Position numbers and translations under genes: made by a program
NCBI GenBank assembly: GCA_021108395.1
Contig: JAIOQZ010000045.1
Coordinates: forward strand, 11,487 to 75,486
Length of the DNA: 64,000 bases
Direction of reading: 5' to 3'
Source of the DNA: Candidatus Cloacimonadota bacterium
GTDB lineage: Bacteria > Cloacimonadota > Cloacimonadia > Cloacimonadales > JAIOQZ01
Shown here: positions 58,056 through 64,000 of the stretch, one piece after another
Numbering within the stretch: the stretch's first letter is position 1
Layout: each line of letters opens with the position of its first letter
Notes under the pieces: model-generated
Database searches by the model: none
The model's input: only the letters and a program-made list of their open reading frames with translations
Told to the model about the DNA's origin: nothing

Positions 58056-59567
58056 CTATTTGAGCAGCGCCATGCGGCGCGTCTCGAGCGTCTTGCCCTG
58101 ACTGCGAAGCTGATACATGTAGATACCGCTGCTCACGGGGTTGCCGATGTTGTCGTCGCCGTTCCAGATTACCTCGCCGCGTCCGTCAGGCGCCTGCACG
58201 TTTGCAAAACTGCGTACAAGGCGGCCACGCATGTCATACACGAGTATGTCGGCCATGCCGGGCGTCGGCAGGTTGAAGACGATGGTAGTGCTCGGGTTGA
58301 ACGGATTGGGACGGTTCTGTTCGAGCAGCTGGACGGCCGCGGGAGCAGTGTCGTCATCCACGCCCACGAAATGCGGCACGAAGATGTCGCGGGAGATGGA
58401 GTTGTCTTCAACATTGTCCGAGGTGACGTTGACCGTGATGGTGTAGGTGATGTCGTTGGGAGGAACTTCCGCCCACACGCTCCACGAGCAGATACCGGCG
58501 AGGCCTGCTTCGATGTCGCTGGGAACGAGCGGCTGCGTGGCGGCGCCGCCGGCCAGCTCGAGCCCGTCGGGCAGCACGATGGTGGCGTTGACGTTGTTGG
58601 CCGTGCTCTCGGTCGTGTTATGCACGATGAGGTTGACTTCAAACGGGTTCGGCGCGAGGAAACCGCCCATATTGATAAGCTCTGTGGGAGCGGCCAGCAG
58701 CAGGTTCAGTTCGCCCTGATTCGCGCTGACTTCGCCTGTGCCGTAGAGGGTGCCGACCATGCGCATGCTGCCGGCGGGCACAGTTACCTGGTCCCAGCGG
58801 TAAATCACCGCGCTGTCATAATAGAGGTCACCGCTGGCTGTGTAATCCCATGCCACATCAACGAGATTGCCCCAGGCGCCGGCGATGAAGACATCGGGCG
58901 CGATGGCGTTGCTGCCGAACAGAGTACCCTCGCCGATAAGCAAATCGGGATCGTAATCGTCCGACTCGAACGCCTGCCAGAAGGCGGGCATGTCGGGCTG
59001 GTTGAAGCCGGTCTCGACGGTGACGAAGCCGTAGCTGGTGGCCAGAGGGGCACCATCGTTATAGGCAATCTGCGTGTCGAGCTCGAGCAGCGCACCGATG
59101 TTGTGCGCGACGCCGGTGTTGTTGGTAATCTCGTAGTAAATCCAGATAGCTCCGGCGTCATCGCCCTGCACCGGCACGAGATACTGAACGACCTCGATGC
59201 CCTCGATATTGAAGGTGGTGATGATGCTGTTGTTCTCGATAACGGTGACGCCAACCGGCATATCCTCGGTGCCCGACACCCAGTCGTTGCTGTAGATGGT
59301 GTCGTCAATCTTGATGTTGGTGTGGCTGGTGCTGCCTTCCTCGGGGAAACCGTACAGCAGATTCTGGCCATCTGTTGTGCCGATGGTGAACATGCCGGTT
59401 TCGTCGTCGCAATAGACCTGCACGAAGTCGTTGCCGACGTTGCTGCGGCTGTTGAACTGAGCGCGGGAAGCACGCTCGGCTTTCCACTGGTGGTAATCCT
59501 CGAATTCACCAGCGGCCAATGCACACACCCCAATGAGAAGAATGAGAAGAACGATAGTCTGTTTCAT
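58056..59567 (-). CDS. Secreted hypothetical protein with T9SS C-terminal sorting domain
   Basis: Signal peptide MKQTIVLLILLIGVCALA. The C-terminal QNRPNPFNPSTTIVFNL...SGIYMYQL...RMALLK is a T9SS CTD. Confidence 0.75.
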   Translation of the reverse strand: MKQTIVLLILLIGVCALAAGEFEDYHQWKAERASRAQFNSRSNVGNDFVQVYCDDETGMFTIGTTDGQNLLYGFPEEGSTSHTNIKIDDTIYSNDWVSGTEDMPVGVTVIENNSIITTFNIEGIEVVQYLVPVQGDDAGAIWIYYEITNNTGVAHNIGALLELDTQIAYNDGAPLATSYGFVTVETGFNQPDMPAFWQAFESDDYDPDLLIGEGTLFGSNAIAPDVFIAGAWGNLVDVAWDYTASGDLYYDSAVIYRWDQVTVPAGSMRMVGTLYGTGEVSANQGELNLLLAAPTELINMGGFLAPNPFEVNLIVHNTTESTANNVNATIVLPDGLELAGGAATQPLVPSDIEAGLAGICSWSVWAEVPPNDITYTITVNVTSDNVEDNSISRDIFVPHFVGVDDDTAPAAVQLLEQNRPNPFNPSTTIVFNLPTPGMADILVYDMRGRLVRSFANVQAPDGRGEVIWNGDDNIGNPVSSGIYMYQLRSQGKTLETRRMALLK

Positions 59568-59799
59568 GTGTCACTCCTTTTGTGTATTCGTTTTCTGTCA
59601 TATCACATTGAATCAATGGACGTTATCGTTGACAAAGATACAAAGACCGACGCAATGGAGCAGGCAGCCCCTGTAACCTCGTTCACTCACGCATGTTATC
59701 CGCCTGGCAGCCTGTTCACGCCGATTTCAGCGAAAAATGGTTGCCAGATTCGCCCCTACTCGTTGCAATGACAAAACAAGTATAATAGCAGGCGGGAAC

Positions 59800-62700
59800 A
59801 TGTCAAGAGTTTACGAACAGGCGATACTGAAGCTGCAACGCAGACAGAACCTGCGTCTCGCTCTGCGCTTCGTGCTGTTCGGATTGATGCTGCTGCTCAC
59901 CGCCTGGTTGTTGTTTCACACTGTCTATCACTTCCCCGGCCTGGCGCCGCCGGCCATTCATGGTCGCGTGATGTTCCTGCTGGCGCTCAGCGGCAAGGCG
60001 CTGGTGGCGATGCTGCTGGTTTATCTGGCAGTTATCGCCATGCGTCGGATGCTCTCGCCACTACAGGTGGCGCGCCTGCTCGACATGCGCCGCGGCGACG
60101 ATGCAGATACATTTCAAAACGCTGTCGAGCTGGCGCCGCTGGCCGGTGACTCGCCGTTGGTGTCTCGCCTGCTCGATCGCGCCGACACCACTGCCACGAC
60201 CGCCGACGTCCACGCCGACAATTCCGCCCTTCGCCGCCTGTTGCCACCGCTGGCAGCGCTGGCTCTGGCTGTGGGAGCGGTATGGGCGCTTCAACCTGCC
60301 GCCACGGAGCAGACATGGCGCTTCCTGAAACTGCGCCAGATGCCCGGCATCAGCCACAAGGCCACTGTCGAGGTGGAGCCGGGCGATGTGAGCCTGTTGC
60401 GAGGCAGCGACCTTACAATCAGAGTGCTCGCGCCAGAAGCAGACGCGCCTCACTGCCTGTTCCAGCGGCGCGACGAATTATGGCGCGAGCAGCCCATGCA
60501 GGGCGACGACATTCTGCTGCCGGGTCTCGATGCGTCGTTCGACTACTATGTGGCCACGCCCTGGGCCACCTCCGACACCTTTCGCATCGAGGTGTTCGAG
60601 GAACCCTCGGTGCGCCGGTTGGCGCTTACGCTTGATTACCCGCCCCACACTGGCCTCGAACGCGAATACCTGCCCGATTCCGACGGCCAGATTCGCGCCA
60701 TTGCAGGCGCCAGCGTACATCTCGCCATCGAAGCGAACAACGCCCTCCAGGAAGCGCGCCTGCTGTTCGACAACGGCGATGTATTGCGCATGGAACGCCT
60801 GGGACAGGCCGCCTTCGAGACCAGCTTCACCGCCGAGTCGAGCGGCGGCTACCGCGTTCACCTGCGCGACCACCTCGACAACGAATCCACCGGCGTTCGC
60901 AAAGCCATACGGGTTACGCCAGACCGTCCGCCGGAGGTGCGCTTTGCCTGGCCTGCCCGCGATACCACCCTCACCCAGAATCTGCTCACACGCCTGCTGC
61001 TGGTGGCCAGCGACGACTTCGGCCTGTCCGACCTGACGCTGCACTGGCAGGTAAACGGCGGTGATGAGCGTTCTACCTCGCTGCTGGCGCGCATCAGCGG
61101 CAACACCCTGGCGCACGATGACATCTTCGATCTGCGCGGCGCGGGGCTCATCCCCGGCGACCGCGTTGTTTATCACGCCACTATCCGCGACAATCATCCC
61201 CCCGCACAGCTCGGCGAATCACGGCGCTGGGTGCTGCGCTTCCCTTCCATCGAGGAGATATATCAACAGATCGAGGAGGCCGAGGAGCGCAAGCAGGAAG
61301 ACCTGGCCGAGGCGCTCGAGCGGTCGAGTGAGCTTGCCGAGGAGTTCGAGGAGAAGCGCCGCGAGCTGATGAAGCAGGATGAAACCGACTGGCAGGATCG
61401 CGACGAGCTGGAGAAGATGATGCAGCGCCAGGAAGAACTGAGCGAGAATGTGGAGAACATGGCGCAGGAGTATCAGGAGCTAATCGAGACCTTGCAGCAG
61501 AACGAAGCGCTGTCTCAGGAAACGTTGCAGAAAATGGAGAAGATTCAGCAGCTCATGGAAGAAATCGCCGACGATGAACTGCAACGGGCGATGGAAGAAA
61601 TGCGCCAGGCAATGGAGCAGTCCGACCAGGACATGCTGCGCCAGGCGATGGAGGAAATGCGCTTCAACATGGAGGAATTCGCTCGTAAACTCGACCAGAC
61701 CATCGACCTGCTGGAGAACATCAAGAAGGAGCAGGCATTGGAGAAGGCTCGGCAGATTGCCGAGGAAATGGAGCGGATGCAGAGCGATTTGCAGGAGAAG
61801 ACCCAGAACAGCGAGATGAGCCCAGAGGAACTGGCGCGACGGCAGGAGGCGATCAACGAGAAGCTAGAAGCGCTCCAGGAGCAGACAGCCGCCGCCGATT
61901 CGCTGCTCGATTCTGAACAGGACGCCAAGCTGAAGGAGATGATGGATGAGCTGCGAGAGATGATGCAGAGCGACAGCCTGCGCCAGCAGCTCGATGACGC
62001 GCTGAACAACCTGCAAAACAACGAAATGCAGAAGGCTTCGCAGCAACAGCAGAGCGCTGCCGAGACAATGCTGCAGATGCTGCAGATGCTGTCGCAGATG
62101 AAAGAGATGATGAGCTCCGGGGCTATGGCGGACAACCAGGCGGCCATCCTGCTGGCGGCGCAGCGATTGCTGGTGTATTCCCATCGGCATGAACAAGCCG
62201 CCGCTCGTTATGTGGGCGACCCCTACGTCGTCGCCGGGGAGATGCTTGCTTGCTGGGAAGGCATTCAGATGACGGTGCGCGAGCTGTACAGCGTACCCAT
62301 GATTATGTTGAGCCTGCATCCCAAGTTCCCCTACGACCAGTCACAGACCGCCGCTGCGTACCGCACGGTTTTTACCAGCATCAACGATGCGCGCTACAAC
62401 GACCTGCAGCAACAGATGGCCGCCGTGCAAAAAGGTATCAACCTGATGGCGTATGACCTGATGCAGTCGTCCAGCAGCATGAACTCCTCCGGCAGCCCTG
62501 GCGGCGGCATGGAAAGCCTGATGCAGTCCATGCAGCAGATGAGCCAGCAGCAGATGACCATGAACGCGCTCACCCAGCAGTTGCTGCAACAGATGATGGA
62601 ATCGGGTGGGCGGCTGTCGCAGGATGCGCGTGGACAGCTTCAACGTCTGGCCGCCGAAGAAGAACGCCTGGCCGAGAACCTGCGTCGCCTGCTACAGAAC

Positions 62701-63066
62701 GACCCCGACGCCATGCAGCAGGGGTCATCGCTGCAACGCGTTGCCGATGAACTCGAGTCCATCGCCCGCGAGATGCGCCGTGGCCGCCTCACCAGAGACC
62801 TCGTCGAACGGCAGGATCGCATCCTCTCGCGTCTGCTGGATTCGCAGCGCTCCATCCACCAGCGGGAGCATTCACGGCAGCGTCAGGCCGAAACCGGTGA
62901 GCGTATCGACTGGGAGAACCCCGCCGAGTTGCAGCAGCGCTTCGAGGAGATGCGGCGTCGCGCCCTGCTGGACGATGGATTCAAGGCATACCCACGCGCT
63001 TACCAGGAAGTGATCAAGGAATATCTGCGCCGTTTGAACGAGAAGGTGGGAGGTGGCGATGAGTAG
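59800..63066 (+). CDS. Membrane-anchored protein with long Met/Gln/Glu-rich coiled-coil (DUF4175-like)
   Basis: Two N-terminal TM helices (LRFVLFGLMLLLTAWLLF; VMFLLALSGKALVAMLLVYLAVIA), a beta-rich middle region, then ~450 aa of E/Q/M-rich heptad-like sequence (QAMEEMRQAMEQ..., MLQMLQMLSQMKEMM). The architecture resembles DUF4175/TIGR02302-type proteins, but this assignment is from memory. Confidence 0.6.
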   Translation: MSRVYEQAILKLQRRQNLRLALRFVLFGLMLLLTAWLLFHTVYHFPGLAPPAIHGRVMFLLALSGKALVAMLLVYLAVIAMRRMLSPLQVARLLDMRRGDDADTFQNAVELAPLAGDSPLVSRLLDRADTTATTADVHADNSALRRLLPPLAALALAVGAVWALQPAATEQTWRFLKLRQMPGISHKATVEVEPGDVSLLRGSDLTIRVLAPEADAPHCLFQRRDELWREQPMQGDDILLPGLDASFDYYVATPWATSDTFRIEVFEEPSVRRLALTLDYPPHTGLEREYLPDSDGQIRAIAGASVHLAIEANNALQEARLLFDNGDVLRMERLGQAAFETSFTAESSGGYRVHLRDHLDNESTGVRKAIRVTPDRPPEVRFAWPARDTTLTQNLLTRLLLVASDDFGLSDLTLHWQVNGGDERSTSLLARISGNTLAHDDIFDLRGAGLIPGDRVVYHATIRDNHPPAQLGESRRWVLRFPSIEEIYQQIEEAEERKQEDLAEALERSSELAEEFEEKRRELMKQDETDWQDRDELEKMMQRQEELSENVENMAQEYQELIETLQQNEALSQETLQKMEKIQQLMEEIADDELQRAMEEMRQAMEQSDQDMLRQAMEEMRFNMEEFARKLDQTIDLLENIKKEQALEKARQIAEEMERMQSDLQEKTQNSEMSPEELARRQEAINEKLEALQEQTAAADSLLDSEQDAKLKEMMDELREMMQSDSLRQQLDDALNNLQNNEMQKASQQQQSAAETMLQMLQMLSQMKEMMSSGAMADNQAAILLAAQRLLVYSHRHEQAAARYVGDPYVVAGEMLACWEGIQMTVRELYSVPMIMLSLHPKFPYDQSQTAAAYRTVFTSINDARYNDLQQQMAAVQKGINLMAYDLMQSSSSMNSSGSPGGGMESLMQSMQQMSQQQMTMNALTQQLLQQMMESGGRLSQDARGQLQRLAAEEERLAENLRRLLQNDPDAMQQGSSLQRVADELESIAREMRRGRLTRDLVERQDRILSRLLDSQRSIHQREHSRQRQAETGERIDWENPAELQQRFEEMRRRALLDDGFKAYPRAYQEVIKEYLRRLNEKVGGGDE

Positions 63067-64000
63067 AGCGCTGCTGACAATGCTGATGTTGCTGCCCGTG
63101 CTGCTGTGCGCTCAGTATGACGAGAAGCAGATTCTGCTGCAACGCGCCCAGGGACTCGAGATGCGGCAAATGTATGAACAGGCCAACGATGTCTATGCCC
63201 AACTCGCCCAGCAATACCCGAGCGACATCAACATCATCAATCGCTGGGTGCGCAATCTGTTGCGCATCAGCCAGGACGACGAGGCCGCAGCGGTGCTCGA
63301 GCGGCACCGTGAGCGCCTGCCAGAGCTTGCCTGGACGCAGTTGTGGCTTGGCGTTCAGCTCAAAGCCGGCAATGTGGAAGAAGCTCGAACCACTGCCTGG
63401 GACTTTCTGAAACGACATCCGGCACAACACAGCGCCTACAAGAATTTCGCCGCCGTGTTCAGCGGTTACTTGCAGCCGGAAGAAGCCATCCGACTCTATC
63501 TCGCCGGACGGGAAGCCGCCGGAGACTCCTCGCTCTACAATCTCGAACTGGCGCGCACATACCAGCAATGTATGCGCTACGAGGAAGCTATCGACGAATA
63601 CATCAACCATCTGGCGATTAATCCGGGGTACCTGCACAGCGTCGCCAACCAGTTACGCACTATGTTGGACGATGATCGCCGCCTGCTGAGGCACATCGAG
63701 CGGCATGACAATGCCCGGCAGGAGCAGGTGCGCGAACTGCTGGCTCTGGGGTATGTGTACATTGGGGAGATGGACAAAGCCTTCGAGGTGTACGACGCCC
63801 TTGCCCCCGCCAAGCTCAAGCGCTTTGCAGACGAGCAATATGCGCAGGATAACCTCGCTGTAGCCCTGCGAGGCTACCGCGCTTACATAGAGCGCGAAAA
63901 CCAGCCGTTTCTGCTGGCAGACGCCCGACTCGCCACCGCCCGTGTCTATAGCGGCATGGGCGACATCGACAGTACCCGCACGGTTCTGCTACGCCTCTAT
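63059..64000 (+). CDS. TPR-like repeat protein, N-terminal part (3' end outside window)
   Basis: The ATG overlaps the end of the upstream gene (ATGAGTAG). Signal peptide MSRALLTMLMLLPVLLCAQ. Frame 2 is open to the window edge and contains repeated A..Y..L/A helix pairs. It is absent from the track because no stop is reached. Confidence 0.6.
   Translation, partial: MSRALLTMLMLLPVLLCAQYDEKQILLQRAQGLEMRQMYEQANDVYAQLAQQYPSDINIINRWVRNLLRISQDDEAAAVLERHRERLPELAWTQLWLGVQLKAGNVEEARTTAWDFLKRHPAQHSAYKNFAAVFSGYLQPEEAIRLYLAGREAAGDSSLYNLELARTYQQCMRYEEAIDEYINHLAINPGYLHSVANQLRTMLDDDRRLLRHIERHDNARQEQVRELLALGYVYIGEMDKAFEVYDALAPAKLKRFADEQYAQDNLAVALRGYRAYIERENQPFLLADARLATARVYSGMGDIDSTRTVLLRLY

Noticed and set aside
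58038-59771. 577-aa plus-strand ORF
   Set aside because: It is antisense to the T9SS cargo gene, which has a signal peptide and a CTD. The composition is shadow-ORF-like (G/A/V/D/H-rich).
59763-59786. Perfect TATAAT (59781-59786) with TTGCAA upstream, as a promoter of the coiled-coil gene
   Set aside because: The TTGCAA-TATAAT spacing is only 12 nt, and the -10 box lies 13 nt from the ATG, giving an implausibly short leader. The promoter consensus for this lineage is unknown, so the call is too weak.
61250-62650. Apparent repetitiveness in the E/Q/M-rich region, considered as a DNA tandem repeat
   Set aside because: The repetition is at the amino-acid heptad level inside an intact long ORF. 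The codons vary, and no exact DNA tandem unit is visible.

Overview
GC-rich chromosomal segment from what looks like an uncultured Gram-negative anaerobe. Three proteins carry T9SS-type C-terminal sorting domains, and LptD-like, TrmFO and reverse-rubrerythrin genes are present, which fits an FCB-superphylum-like lineage. The backbone is housekeeping: hrcA(partial)-grpE-dnaK-dnaJ-rsmE, glgP, gmhB, lptD-like, kbl, recG, rlmI, mfd, fetA/fetB-like ABC exporter, nnr, a histidine kinase, gdhA, rbr-perR, trmFO, ansA, a THUMP RNA methyltransferase, a PEPCK-like gene, tatD-tcdA and a Na/Pi transporter. There is also a roughly 1,800-aa C25 (gingipain-like) T9SS cargo protein. No tRNA, rRNA or CRISPR array was recognised by eye. 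Five things stand out. (1) A modular family of hairpin-mosaic repeats (units of about 100 nt, often paired tail-to-tail into 170-265 bp palindromic composites) fills at least nine intergenic spacers. Its stems show compensatory changes, and its outer ends abut or supply the stop codons, Shine-Dalgarno boxes and possibly start codons of flanking genes. (2) A 93-bp direct duplication of the translationally coupled mfd-stop/rlmI-start junction brackets a 698-bp insert that carries a well-signalled 165-aa orphan ORF and a diverged second Mfd tail. (3) Several AT-rich one- or two-gene micro-islets encode nuclease or defence-type proteins: an AAA ATPase + RloB (AbiL-like) pair, an HNH protein, a PD-(D/E)xK-like protein and an orphan lipoprotein. 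(4) A tight operon encodes two paralogous PPDK_N-type ATP-grasp proteins that lack an obvious phosphohistidine motif (one fused to a sensor-like N-domain and a Pol-beta nucleotidyltransferase) plus a metallophosphoesterase. (5) Smaller signals include a nested G6/C6 palindrome, a G-quadruplex motif, an orphan terminator with a candidate sRNA, a PerR box and a candidate operator. All calls come from reading the translations and the sequence. No database search was run.
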